Shown one piece after another: positions 1 through 14,652 of a DNA stretch of 35,236 nucleotides (within the stretch, counting starts at the first letter, position 1; each line of letters opens with the position of its first letter). Under the pieces are notes generated by a model that was given only the letters and a program-made list of their open reading frames with translations, did no database searches and was not told the DNA's origin. The stretch lies in NCBI GenBank assembly GCA_002104945.1, contig MCFH01000124.1, forward strand, positions 1-35,236, given 5' to 3'. The position numbers and the translations under genes are program-made. Origin of the DNA: Piromyces finnis finn (Eukaryota > Fungi > Neocallimastigomycota).

Positions 1-1
1 A

Positions 2-259
2 AAATTTATTGATACTTATAATATATTAATAAAAGAAACTGTTGATGTTAATCTAGTGAATAAAGAAGGTAATAGTTTATTAATTTTAATTGCCAAAGAA
101 CTCAATTTAAAATGGAATGATTTTGGAAAATGCTATATTGAACTTCTCAGGAAAGGAGCAGATCTTTCTATCAAAAATAATAAGAAAAAGAATGTTTTAT
201 ATTATGCTAAACAACAGTATCCAGAGGATGCTATCATGGGATTAGTAGATTATCTATAA
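2..259 (+). CDS. Ankyrin-repeat protein, C-terminal part (gene begins before the window)
   Basis: Frame is open from position 2 to the TAA at 257-259: KFIDTYNILIKETVDVNLVNKEGNSLLILIAKE...IELLRKGADLSIKNNKKKNVLYYA. The DVNLVNKEGNSLL and LLRKGADLSIKN..K.NVLYYA segments match the ankyrin consensus. Confidence 0.75.
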   Translation, partial: KFIDTYNILIKETVDVNLVNKEGNSLLILIAKELNLKWNDFGKCYIELLRKGADLSIKNNKKKNVLYYAKQQYPEDAIMGLVDYL

Positions 260-1221
260 TTTTTTATTAAAAAAGATAATAAATTATTATTTTTGGATAT
301 TTTCCTAAATAAATAAATATCAACAGCATTCTTTCTTTAAACTCAATTTTGTTATTTTTTCTAAACATTGCACAGAAAACCAGCCAGAAAAAAAAAAGAA
401 AGAAAAACTATTGTTTTTTTTTTTTTTTTTTTTTTTTAATAATTTCGTACATTTTTTTTTAAACAATTTATTATAATAAATAAATGATAAAAGTAAAAAC
501 AAAAACAAAAAAAAAAAAAAAAACAAAAACAAAATCAACAAAATTAAAAAATAAAAAAAAAAAAATAAAAATTATCAAATATCAAATATATAAAACAATA
601 ATATTAAAAACAAAACAAAACAAAACAAACAAACAAACAAATCAATATATCAAGTTAAAAATAAAAAAATAGAATAATTAAATAAGAAATTAAAGTATAT
701 CATATTAAGAAAATGTAATAGTAATAGTATTTTTTTTTTTTTTTTTATTTAAATGTAAATAATTTCTATTTAACTAAATAAAATTTTGGCAAAGTATTAA
801 AAAAAATAAAAATAAAATAAAATTAAAAAATAAAAACGAAATTAAGTAGTTATATAATAAAAACCGTAATATAAATATACCATTTTTATTAGTAGATATG
901 CCTTTTACATAATGTGCCTCTGTGCCTTGATTAAAAAAAAATAATTTTTTTTAATATATTAAGAAATTTTAATTTAATTTGTAATTAAATTTATTTAATT
1001 AAAATTCTTAAAATAATACTATTTTTCCAAAATTTAAAATATTTTTTGTATAAGCAACAGATTGATTTTTTTTTTTTTTTTTACTTCTCCTACTGTATAA
1101 AAAAAAAAAAAAAGAGATTTGATAGTTTTGTATATATAGTCAATTTATAGATTTTTTTTTTTTTTTATAATTTTTATTTTTATTTTATTTTTCTATTACA
1201 TATTAATTTAAATTAATAAAC

Positions 1222-4200
1222 ATGGAAGATATATCAGAAAAAGTATTATTTATTTTATTGAAAGAAATTATCCAGGTTTCTTTTCAAAGTCAACTTTATT
1301 CTAATGCTCAATTTTTCTCGGAGCGTCTTTGTGCTTATTTTCCATATTCACAAGAAGCTAAATATTTTTTGGCTAAATCTTATTTCCATAGAGAACAATA
1401 CTATGCAACAAAAGAAATTCTTGTCAATACCAATTATGAACCCTCAAAACTTTTATTAGCTCAAGCTTATATGAAATTAAATGATTTTCATTCTGCAAAT
1501 ATTGTATTTGAAAGCATAGATAATATGAATGACCAAACAAATATTAAAATTTGTAAAGTATTAATTTTTTATAATTAAAAAAAAAAAAAAAAAAGTATAT
1601 ATATATGTAGAATTTTATTTTTTTTTAAACCTCGAAATATTATTTTAATTATATAAATTAAAAAAAAAAAAAAGAATAATTGATTTCAATTCCATCAAAT
1701 TAACATAATATATACCCTCCTTCTTTTTTTCTTTTTCTTTTTTTCTTTTTTTCTTTTTTTTTTTTTTTTTTTCTTTCTTTCTTTCTTTTTTTTTAACAAT
1801 GAAATTTCAAATGTCAATTATTTTCAACATCATACATTTTATCTAACCTTAGCTGAATTCATAGTTATACCCAATAAAGCCATTGTATTATGTTTAAAAG
1901 GACTTTCATATCAGTAAATATTATTATATATACACAACATTTATTAAAATGTTTAATATATATTATAATTTAAAATTTAGAATTTTTTAATTCAAAAATT
2001 TTTATTTTATAATGTTCTTTATGTATTATTAAATTCTGGATGAAATTTAAAATTCAATAATTTTAACAGGAGAGACAATCAAATACAAAAAGCAATACGT
2101 TGTTTCACTGAAAGTTTAGAGTATTTTCCATTCTTATGGACTTCATATGAAAATTTGTGTAAATTGGGTAAATTATTAAATAAATCTGAATATGTTAATC
2201 ATATTATACTGAAACAATTAAATTATTATTACTATTATTATCATGATAATAATACTAACAATAATAGTAATAGTAATGAAATTTAAATTCTAAAATTTGA
2301 ATTATAACCTATTTATACATTAAATTCAAAATGATTTTTTTTTTTTTTTTAATATTCATATCTACATAGGTGCTGAAGTTGAAGCTCCTACAGAAATATT
2401 TAGTTTTGCAAAAGTTGAAGAATCGTCTATAATGAAACAACTTATAGAAATTGTTATTCAACAAGCCATGTAAGTTTAATAAATTGATAGATATCTTTAT
2501 TCATTTGAAATTACATGTACATTTTAATTATTTTTATTTTTATTTTTTATTATGTGCATATAAATTTTTTAAGATACACAACATATTCTATAATACAATA
2601 ATTTTAAATTTTCTAATTTTTAATTCAAATTGTTTTTTTATAATATTGTATATATATATATATATTATTATTATTATTATTATGATTATATTCTATTTGA
2701 TATATTATTTTGATATACACCGTCATAAATAGTAAGGATGTTATACCAGTAAGTATGAAACAAGCTTTAACAGTATCTTCTGTATTAGAAGGTATGAATT
2801 AAAAAGTATAAATAATATTATTTTTTATTCATATACTTTTTTATTAAAATTAATAATATTATGAATAATGATGGTTTATGTTTATGATATTATTCTTTAT
2901 GTCCTTTCCTTTTTTAACATTAATAATAGAAAAAGCTCATAACAAAATTAACAACAAAATTAAAAAAAAGTCTACTGTCAAGATCAAAGTAATTATTATA
3001 AGCGTGATTAAAATTTTTATAGAGTATTATTAAAAAGTATATACTAATCTAAAACATTTTCCATATATAATTCAAAATATTTTAACTATTTTTTAAATAA
3101 ACAATTAATTAAAAATATATTATTTCCTTTAAATCAACCAAAATTTTAGAAACATATACGAGATGTAATTATAATACAGCCATTCATTATTTTTTTTTTT
3201 TTGTATTTTGATATTAAAATCATATCAAAAATTATAAAAAGAATAATATTCATATTTTCTTTCTTTCTTTCTTTCTTTTTTTTTTTTTTAATTTTTATAT
3301 ATAAACATTATTTTAATTTATTTAGACTACAGGCGATTCTCTTAAAGGAAATGAAAATGTAAATAAGTAATAAATAAACAATACAATTGTAGTATTTGTA
3401 AAATGAATTTAAATATAAGTTTCTATTTTTATTTTGTTTTTACTAAACTAATTGTTTTTTTAATTATTTTAGTAACAATATTATAAACAATTTATACTAA
3501 TTTATTTATCCAATTCCCCCTTTACTTTATATTAATAAAAGGCAGATCCCCAAGATGTTAACCAACATTGTAGAGAAACGGTATATTCTTGTGTTAAAAA
3601 AGTGTTAGATTTATTAGCTTTAATTGGTTCTGGTTTCTGGGAACTTACACAATATAGATTGAAACGATCTCTTAAATTCTTCCAAAAATTAACAAGTGAT
3701 CAATTTAATACTGGAAGAGTTCTTTGTTTAGTAGCTTTGGCAAATTTAGAAATGTCTAATTATAAAGAGGTAGGTTTAAACGCGTAAAAGATAAAGTAAA
3801 AATAATGTCGTAATAATAATTATAATAGTGGTAAAAAGGTGAATTAATAAATATTAATTTTAATTTAATTTTTTTTTTCATTAATAACAATAACCATAGG
3901 CAGAACAATATTTTCAAAAAGCAAGGTAAATTACTTTTTTTTTTTTTCTAATTTTCAATATATATATATATATAAATTATTCAAATATATAAAAGTATTA
4001 TTTATTTATTTTTTTAATTCATTCATTTATTTATATCTATTTATATTTATTTTCTTTTTAAATATAGAAAATTGGAACCTTATCTATTAGATTATATGGA
4101 AAAATATTCTATTATTCTATGGCATTTGAAAAAGGAAGTTGAATTAAGTTATTTAGCCCATCTTTTAACAATTATTGATCGTAAGGCACCTCAAACATTG

Positions 4201-4990
4201 TAAGTATTTAATATTCACTTAAATTTATTCTATAATCTATTGATATAATGGTTTTCTTTTATCTATATATATTTCAATATGATAAAATAATATTATGTTA
4301 TTCATACACATGCATATTAATATACTATTTATTTAAAGATGCTCTGTTGGTAATTGCTTTTCACTTAAACAAGATCATGATAGTGCATTAAAGTGCTTTA
4401 AACGAGCCATTCAAGTTGATCCTAATTTTCATTATGCTTATACATTAGCAGGTCATGAATATCTTGCTAATGAAGATTTAGAAAAAGCAGAAAATTGTTT
4501 TAGAAAAGCTATTCGCTTAAATGATAGACATTATAATGCTTGGTAAGTCAAAAGAAAGAAAAATAAATTATAGTACAAATTGTAAAAAGTATATATATGT
4601 ATTTTTGCCCCAATAGATATAGAATAGTATTACAATCGATAATTAGAATAATAAGCAATAGTGAAATTTATTTATTGGAAACAAAATATAAATATATATT
4701 TAAGAGTTTTCTTTTGATTGTTATTATCCTATCAATAATTATAACTTTATAAATATGGAAAAATTCAGAACTTCCTTAAAGGAAAATTGAAGATATATTT
4801 TAAGTAATAATTTTTTTTATTATTTTTTATTTTATTTTTAATTTAGGTATGGATTGGGCTATTTATTCTATCGACAAGAAAAATATCAGTTAGCTGAATT
4901 TCATTATCGCAAAGCACAAAAAATTAATCAAAGTAATCCATTGTTAACATGTTATATAGGAATGGTAAGTCTTATTATTTCTTATCAAAT

Positions 4991-5026
<36 letters not shown>

Positions 5027-5095
5027 TACAGAAATTTGCCAATATTGTAGTTTATTATTTATTTTTCTTTGAAAAAAAAAAAATACCAATAATAG

Positions 5096-5128
<33 letters not shown>

Positions 5129-6103
5129 GCATGCGGAAGCTTTTTTATTATTTTAATTTTTTATATTAAAATTTTTTCAAAGTTTATATCGAAAAAAAAA
5201 TAAGGGAGAAAATCAATGACCAAAAAAGGATAAACCATTTTTTTTTTTTAAAAAAAAAAATTAAAATGTTTTAAAATAGTAAAATAGTTTGTAAAAGGAT
5301 ACAATTCATTAAATATTCATAAAATCAAATTTTCATGATGTGAAATAATACTTAATACCTACTACTACTACTACTACTACTACTAATAATAATAATAAAT
5401 CCATTAAATCATTTATCTAACTACCTTTTTTTTTATATTAAAATAAATAAAAAATGAAATAGGTTTTCCAAAAAATGAATAAAAACCAGGAAGCTCTTAC
5501 AATGTATAACCTAGCTCAGGAAATTTCCAAAGATAATCCTTTAATTCGTTTCCGTAAGGCACATTTATTGACCATCATGAAGAGATATAAGGTAAATTAA
5601 AGAAATTTTTGATAAAAAAAAAAAAGTAACAAATAAAAAAATTAAAATTTATATGTATATTATGTAGGAGGCACTTGAACAGTTATTATATCTTAAAGAT
5701 ATCATTCAAGAATGCAATGTTTTCTTTTTAATGGGTAAAATTTATGCTAAATTAGGTGATACTAAAAATGCACTCCTAGTGTATACCCAGGCTCAAGACT
5801 ATTTGAAACCAAAATCTTCTAATATGGTAAAGGAAGCCATTGGTAAGTTTTACTTCCAGATAAAGATTTAATAAAATAAATTTTATTTATTATTAATTTT
5901 CTTTAATAGATTTAAACATTTAATACTAATAATAATTTTTATTCTTTATATTTTATTTTTTCTTTCTTTTTTTTTTTTCTTTATTTCTTCATATAAAATG
6001 CTTTATATTATTTCCTATGATAGAGCAAGTGTATGAACCTCAAACTGCAGATGATATTTTTGCTTCAGTGTCTAATGATTTCAAGATATTTTTAGATCCA
6101 TAA
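1222..6103 (+). CDS. CDC27: Anaphase-promoting complex TPR subunit Cdc27/APC3 (Nuc2), 15 exons, ~610 aa
   Basis: Manual GT-AG model with consistent phases: 1222-1552, 1853-1913, 2070-2167, 2370-2469, 2733-2791, 2930-2988, 3326-3358, 3542-3769, 3900-3925, 4068-4199, 4339-4542, 4847-4964, 5463-5591, 5668-5842, 6024-6103 (1833 nt). Cdc27-type motifs: NAQFFSERL, PNKAIVLCLKG, PFLWTSYENLCKLG, YSIILWHLKKEVELSYLA, VGNCFSLKQDHDSALKCFKRAIQVDPNFHYAYTLAGHEY, RHYNAWYGLG, AEFHYRKAQKIN. Confidence 0.93.
5360..5398 (+). repeat. Compound microsatellite (TAC)8(TAA)5 inside a CDC27 intron
   Basis: Read directly from the sequence. Confidence 0.85.
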
Positions 6104-6710
6104 GCAATTTAAAAAAATAGAAATGGATAACGCCGATAAATAAATAAAAAGCAAATTTTTTTTTTTTAAAAAAAAAGTGAGAGTAATTAAATTATATTAA
6201 TAACAATGATATTTATTTATTATTTTTTATTCTTATTTTCCTTTAATTTAGTACAAAAATGAAACGAAACATAAACTTTTTATTGTTTTTGAACATATTA
6301 ATAAAAAAAAAATAAAAAATAAAATTTAAATATGAAACAAAATATAAATAACCAAACCATTTATAATTAAAGTAACCATTATTATTATGTAACCAAATAT
6401 AAAATACTTTTATTGAGATAGAATAATAATAAACTTGGGAGAAAATAAATTATAATGGATTAATATTAATAATTAATATTTTATTAGTTTAAAATAGAAT
6501 AAAGATAGAATGGTTTAAATATCATATAAACAAAACTTTTTAATCATTGTAAACTTTTAAAATTTATAAAATTTTTATTTGATTATAATTATCAAATTTA
6601 TCATATACTATATAATAAATTAATGGGATAAAATTATTCATTAATACCATTTTAATATTTGAATTTAATGTTGTTATTGTATTGTATATTGTATTGAATA
6701 AATAAAATTA

Positions 6711-6796
6711 TGCATAGTATTTATGTATTTTTTTTTTTCTTTTTAAAAATTAAAACCTGCATAGTATTTATGTATTTTTTTTTTTCTTTTTAAAAA
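6711..6796. repeat. Direct tandem duplication of a ~39-bp unit (period 47 bp)
   Basis: tgcatagtatttatgtatt(t)nctttttaaaaa starts at both 6711 and 6758. Confidence 0.85.
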
Positions 6797-9546
6797 AATC
6801 ATGACATGAACCAATTAGGCATGCATAATAAAATTGTTTCCTGTAATTTTTTTTAATAGATTTTTATGTTTTATATGATAAGAAGTCGGAATTTCTTATT
6901 GATGAAATATTGTTCTTTTATTTTATATATTTTTAAAACAATTATAAGAACAGCAAAAGTATTGAATTAAAGATACTTTTATTATTATTATTAGTGATTT
7001 CTTTTTTGGTAATTAATAATACAATTCTTTCTATTATTGTTATCCATTCTTTTTTTTATTTTCTTTTTCATTTTTTTTTAATTTAAATATCATTAATTTT
7101 AAAAAATAAACTAATTTGTGTAACATTAGAAATAAATTAACATATTTTCTTTTAATTAAAATTTATTAAAATTAGAAATTATTATATTTAACTTAAAAAA
7201 AAAAGATTTCAAATCCTTTTTAATTAATACAACTTTTTATTATGTATTAAAGTTTATATTTTAATATAATATTCAAATATATTTACAATAAAATAATCTA
7301 GTATTTTATTAAATCGTTTTTATATATTAAATAAATATATAATTTAATCTTAAAAATAAAACAATAATTTATTTAATTAAAAATAATTTTAAACTTTCCC
7401 AATACAGAAATATTTAGTTCAAATATATGACTAAATTCGACAAGAAAGGAAACTAGAAAAAAATAATTATACATTAATAGAACTTTTTAATAAACTTGAA
7501 ATTTTCAAATTTTTATTAAATAAATAAATACTATTTTATTAATAATATATAATAATATGTAAATATTATTTCCTGTTTAATAATGAAATCTAGTATTACA
7601 TTTTGTTTTAAGTAATGATCAAAAATTTTTAATAGTACAAAAACAGAATGCTAATCCATTTGTTAAGAAAAATTATATATACTAATTTTTATTACCTAAA
7701 AGACTTTATATATTTAGAAAATAGTAAAGTTAAACTTGTATTTCAATACTCGTTTGACATTTGCTTTTATTTTCTATTTTTTTATAATAGTCTGACTTTA
7801 TTTTCTTTTTCTTTTACAGAAACAAATAATTTATAAATTATTTAATTTAATAAATAATAAAGTTTAAATATTAGTGGATTATTTTTCATTTTACTATAAA
7901 AAATGAACAACTTTTGAAATTATTGGTTTCATTTTAATTTAATTGTTGGTATTATATTAAATTGATTAATAATTATATAAATTAAATATTTATTTTTTTT
8001 TCAGAAAAAATGTCTTTAAAAAAAATTTTTTTTAAAAGATAAACAAGCATAGAAAATAATATTAAAAAAAAAAAAATAATTGAATACGTATTATGCATTA
8101 TAGAAATAAAAATGAATAATATTACATTTTATACTTCATTATACCTATCTATTTTAAATGAAATGAATTAGTAAATTTATATATGATTTTCAATAAAGAC
8201 TTTTTCAAGTATAATAATTAATTATTCTTGAATAGTATCAAATTTTATTATACTTTTTTTTTATATTATAATAGTTATCAATTGAAAAAAAAAAGTGATA
8301 TTCAACATTTATTAAAAAAATTTTTTTTTAATTTGTTTATCATTTTTAATATGGTTGATCATCAACTATAAAATAATTTATTCATTGTTTTATTCCTACC
8401 TGCCTAAATGAATCCATTCTTTTTATGATTTTTTTATTATAATTAAATAAAATCTTTTAATTAATAATATCACATTTTTATTTATTTAAACTAATAGTTG
8501 CAAATACCTTTTTTTAATTCTTTATTCTAAATAGAAATTAAATAAATAAATAAAACAACTTTAATTAAATATATATCTATTTAATTAAATATTTATTTAT
8601 CTTAAATTTATCTTTTTTTAGTTATTCGTTTGTTATTTTGCATTATTAGGCATTGATTCTTTTAAATTGAATTAAGGATTAAAAATATAATTTTAATATT
8701 AATTTAAATTTCTTTTTGGATTAAAAAATCAAAAGTTATTTTATACAAAATAAAAAAAATAGACCTAAATTCTATGCTTTCTTTTATTTAAATATATCCA
8801 ATATTTTTCATATTTTTAGGTATTTAATGTACTTTTTGTATGAAATATTAAATTTTTATTTATCTATATTAAATAAATTTAATATATTAGTGATATATGG
8901 TAAAATAAAATTATATTATTAAAAAACCATTTAATAAAATTGGCAGTATTATATATTACACCTAAAAATTATAATTGAAACATTATTAATAAAAATAAAT
9001 TAAATCATTTAGATTTTTATAAATGGATCATGGAAAAAAAAAATAATTTAAAAGTATATTATTAAATGTGAACTTATTGTTCATATAAATAAAGTAGTAA
9101 GGACAATAGAGTATAATACAAAGTTAATGTCTTTGCAATATATTATATAATGTACAAATATTATAAAAAACCATATAGAAATCATTTTATTTCTTTATAC
9201 CAATTTAAAAACTGATAAATTGATCATTTAAATAATACTTTTATTTTTATCTTTTTTTGAAACAAGAAAATAATAAAAAAACTTAATCATGGATTTTATA
9301 TTATTTATTTTATTATTTTTTTTTCCTTTTGATGTTTTAATATGATCTTCATATTTTACTTTTTGGCTGATGAAATAATAATAAATCATCAATTGTTTAA
9401 AAATTTAATCTTAATATGATATTTATTTACCAATAAGCCAATTTGTTTTTTTTTTATTTATTTTTTTTTATTAAAATTATTATTTAATTTAATAATTGAA
9501 AACTTTTTTTTTCTTTATATAATTAAACATTAATAATAATATATAA

Positions 9547-9886
<340 letters not shown>

Positions 9887-12800
9887 TTTCCAATATTTAA
9901 ACAATTTAAACTTTTTCAGATATTATAATTACTTCAAGTATGGTTACATTTTAATGTAATATGGAATATATATGGTTATATTAAAATGTAACCAATTTTT
10001 ACTTGAAATATTATATAAATAATATATTATCCTATTATATTTCAATATATTATTAAATCATATTAATTTATAAAACGAATTAAAATTAAATTCATGTTTA
10101 TATTTCTATTAAAGTTAAAAGAAAAAAAAATATTTTTTTTTGCTTTTATAAAAATTTCTTTCTTTCAAATTATTTTAATTAAATTTATTTTGGTTAAATT
10201 CTCCCAAATTTATTATCTTTGATTGTATATTATAACAGATATAATTAATAATCCAAAATAATAAATATTATATTGTTATAATATACAATCTATTATTAAT
10301 TTATTATATAACTTTCACTTTATTTTTTAGCTTGTAAAAAATTATTATTGGTATTCATTTCACAGGTATATAAATGTAGAAGTTATTAAAATTAATTATT
10401 TTTCATACTAAAAAAAAAAAACACTTGATATCATTTAGCATCTTTTTTTTCTTTCTTTTACAAAAAGTATCATATGAATATTTAAAGAATCAACACCATG
10501 GAATACTTATCATTAAGTTCTTTATTATTGCTGTTTTATATATGTACATCTTTTTATTATTTTTTATTATAAAGTCTATTTTTTTTGTATTATAATTTTA
10601 AAACTAGTATTTTTAAGCATTTGTTTAAATAATATTTATTTCTTAACTATGATGATAATTAAATTATAAGTATTATAATTTTTTTTTAAAAGAAAGTAAA
10701 ACAAAAAATAACATTCAATATAAAAGATGAAAGAGTATGGTGTTATATTTTCATTTAACTTTTGATACAAGAAAATTATCTATCAATATAATTTTTAAAT
10801 TTCTTTATTACTTTTAAAATAACTACTTTGTTATTAATAGTATGTAAACATTATTCCTTTTATTTTATTGTATTAAAAATTTGTTTTTAATTTTAATTTA
10901 TTTTTTGTACAAACTAAATTAAATATCTTTTGTATATTCCATATAAATGCATTGAATTTATAGATTAAATTAAAAATTATATAATTTTATAAATAAAAAT
11001 AATTATATGAAAATAATATATTGAAAAATATACTTATTTTATGTAGCAGTCACCTCCTCTTTTCTATTATTCTTTTTAATTTTGAATAAAGTATTGTAAA
11101 TAAATAATATATGATATGTTAAAACATGAAATTAATTATTTATTAATAAATATAATTTATTTTAACATATTTATATTTAACATAATTATATTTATTAATA
11201 AATAATTAATTTCATGTTCTAAGATTTATATCACATAGTTCATAATATAATAAATTATGCTAAGATTTTGTTTGTTGTAATATACTAATTTTTAAACTTT
11301 TTCCTCATACACATATTAACCACATTAACAAGGTAATATCTAACCTTTTTTTTTTTCCTTTTCTTTAAGAATGCGTAAATTAAAACACAATTTCAATTTT
11401 TATATATTCTATTAAATGATGATGTTAAATTCATAAATTGCTCTATTTCTATGATTTAGTATAATGAATTACTTCTAAAGTTATGTATAACAACAATAAT
11501 TATAAATATTGTTATGCCTTTTTTTTTTTTTTTATTTCTATAAAATCTATGTATTAATAGTAGCTAATTTTTGCCACAGTACTATATTCATCTATGGTTT
11601 TTGATAAAAGAATATATATATTATTTATTTTATGATTTAGTTATATCCTTTTAACAATATCTTCACAAACAATTAATAATATTATCTAAAAATACTATTA
11701 TACTTTTATTTGATTAACTTTTTTTTTTATAGGCATTTATCATCTAATAATTTATTTACACTGATCTTTAATCAATTCTATATAACTAATTTTATAAAAT
11801 AATAAATATTCTTTTTCAAACATCATTTAGAAATTAAATATATAGATTCATACATCATTATATTTAACATATAGAACAATCCAACTATTATTAATATTCT
11901 ATATTTAGTTATTGTTTTATACCATAATAACCCTTTTTCTTTTATTCTAGCACCAATACCAATATATTAAAAAATAACATGTAATTTTCTTTATATTAAT
12001 GTCTATCTAGAATTTACTAATGAGTATCATTAAAATACATATTAATTAGTATTTTCATATCTTTGGTTGTACTATAACTATTCATGATTATAAAGTTTTA
12101 TATAATAATAGAGTTTTATTAGGTTTATATTAAATGTATTAAATATATTAATGAAATTTTTATTTCTAATAATTTAATTTATTATATAATGAAGCAATAT
12201 AGGATTACCACTATTTTAGATATTTTACCAATTCATTAACATATATTAACATTATATTCCAACATATAGTGATATTAATTAAATATATCAAAAAGATATT
12301 TATATAAACATATTATATGTTTATATATATTAATAATATTAAATAAATAGATCTTCATTTTATTTAAATGTACTGTAATATATATATAATTTATTAATTA
12401 TTATTTATAATTTACATTATTAATTTTAAAACAAATTTTTTAGACTTAGTTTTTCTTTCATTTAATTTTATTTATTATGAGATTATCCGTATTTTATTAA
12501 TGAAATTAATAATAAATTATAAATACATGTGTAATATATAATAAATATTAATGTAAATATAACAGAATATAATATATATCTGTATCACCATATATTAACA
12601 AATTATAATAAAATTAATCTAAATTTGTGTATATTCTTTTAAAATTATTATTACATATATTATTCTTTATCATTAATAATTAATATAAATATACAGTAAT
12701 ATAGTTTCAATATATAACCAATAAGTAACAAAAAACATTTTGTATATATTAAAATAAATAATAAAATGAAATATTTCAATACAAAAATTTATTTTGATTC

Positions 12801-13994
12801 TATTGTTAAAATAAATGTTAATATATAAATGCTATAAAATTATACAGCTTGAAAATAACCAATATTTTGAAGTATCAATATTAAAAAGTTTATTTTATTA
12901 TTAATATATTATGAATCTATTTATTCAATAATTCTTAATAGTATTGTTGGAAGAATATGAAATAATAAAAAATTTTTTAATAAAAATTAAACTTTTTTCT
13001 ATTTTAATTTTTATTACATTTTAAACTTTATTTAATAATAAAATTAATTAAAAAAGAATAACATTTTCAAATTAATATTAGAATCTTTTATAACTTTTTT
13101 CAAAAGAAAAAAAGTAATAAAATGTAATATTAAATCATAATTTAATATAATTTTTTTCATTTTTTTTTATTTTATTCAAATATTAAAAATATATTTAAGT
13201 ATTTATTTTCCCCTCTTTACTTTATTTTTTTTTTAAAATTAATTTTTTTTTTGTTTTTAGAATTTATTTTTTTTTATATTTTCTTCTTCTTTTTTTGTAT
13301 AAATGTATGTTTAAAACTATTTTTCAAATTTTAAACAACAATTGATACTTTGTAAAATAAAGGTATATAAAACAGTGAAATTGTGAGAAAAAGAATAAAT
13401 ACGTAAAAACAAGAAAAAAAAAAGAAGAAAGAAAGAATAAGAAAAAAAAAACAAACAAAAACAATAAAGACGAAAAACAACAAAAGAAAATTACAGTAAA
13501 AATAAAAAGAATAAAGTTCAAAAATATAAAAAGGAACAATTTTTTTTTTAAAAAAATATAAATTCAAAATCTAATATCAACATTAATATTTCTTTAAAAA
13601 AGTATTGTTTTGATATATTCATTATTCTTCAAATAAATAAATAGTATATAATATTTTTCTTTAATTTTTATTATTATAACTAAAAATTGGGAAAGAAAAG
13701 TATATATTATTTAAAATTGCATAATTTTATTTTTATTAATTAAAAGTAAGTAAATAAGATCATAGATAATGATAAAAATAATAAGCTTTTACCAATGTCA
13801 AAAAAAGTAAATAAATAAATTATTTATAGTATACTAATTTCAATTTAAAATATAAAAATATAGGACACAAATTTATTTACAATCAACTATCTGGAAATAA
13901 TAAATGTATTTTTATTAACAAATATCTATAAATATATAAAGATAATAGAAAATACCATTAAAAATTACATAGAAAATTAATAAACGTTCAAAAA

Positions 13995-14440
13995 AAGCAA
14001 TTGTATATATGTTTCTTTTTTTTTTATTGTTATTATTTGATTCATTTTAAAAAAAGTTAATAATAAATATAAAAAGAAAAACACCATCAATTAATTTTTC
14101 AACTATCATATTACGCAGAATATTCAATTCAAATTAAAAACTTTTGGAACATTACCAAAGCAATACAAAAATTTTCCACTAAAAAGATTATATATTATTA
14201 ATAGCAAAATAAGGAAGCAATTGTATATATATTTCTTCTTTTATTAATATTATTTTATTATTTTAAAAAGGAAAAATAAATAATAAATACATAAAACAGA
14301 GAACACTAATTCAATCGTAAATTATAAACTATCACTTTACGCAGAATATTTAATTCAATTTATAAAGACTGGAACATTAATATATATATTTACCAAAAAC
14401 AAAAACAACAAAGTAAAAATCCTTTTGCCAAAAAGATAAT
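13995..14440 (+). repeat. Diverged ~220-bp tandem duplication upstream of the Ras GEF start codon
   Basis: Both units (starting ~13995 and ~14215) contain, in order, aagcaattgtatatat, aactatca..ttacgcagaatatt.aattcaa, ggaacatta and aaaaagat.a. Confidence 0.75.
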
Positions 14441-14652
14441 TTAATTTAAAAACAAAAAAGGAAAAGGGTTTTAATTGTAAATATAATTCATTTTCACATA
14501 TATATATTATGTTTCTCGAATTAAAGTAAAAAAAAAAGAAAAACTAAATCAAAAAACGATTCAATTAATAGATAAAAACAAAAAATAAATAATTTTTTTA
14601 GAATACACATTTATTAAAGTAGATATTTTCTCTAATTTTTATATAATCAAAA

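Noticed and set aside
320-672. Short F/K-rich ORFs at 320-541 and 484-672 (and similar ones at 13324-13567, 7648, 2451, 21847, 28675)
   Set aside because: Artefacts of poly-A/poly-T tracts, introns or antisense of real genes.
11870-12320. Possible reverse transcriptase/RNase H remnants such as IGIGAR on the minus strand
   Set aside because: Only isolated few-residue resemblances among many stop codons; not distinguishable from chance.
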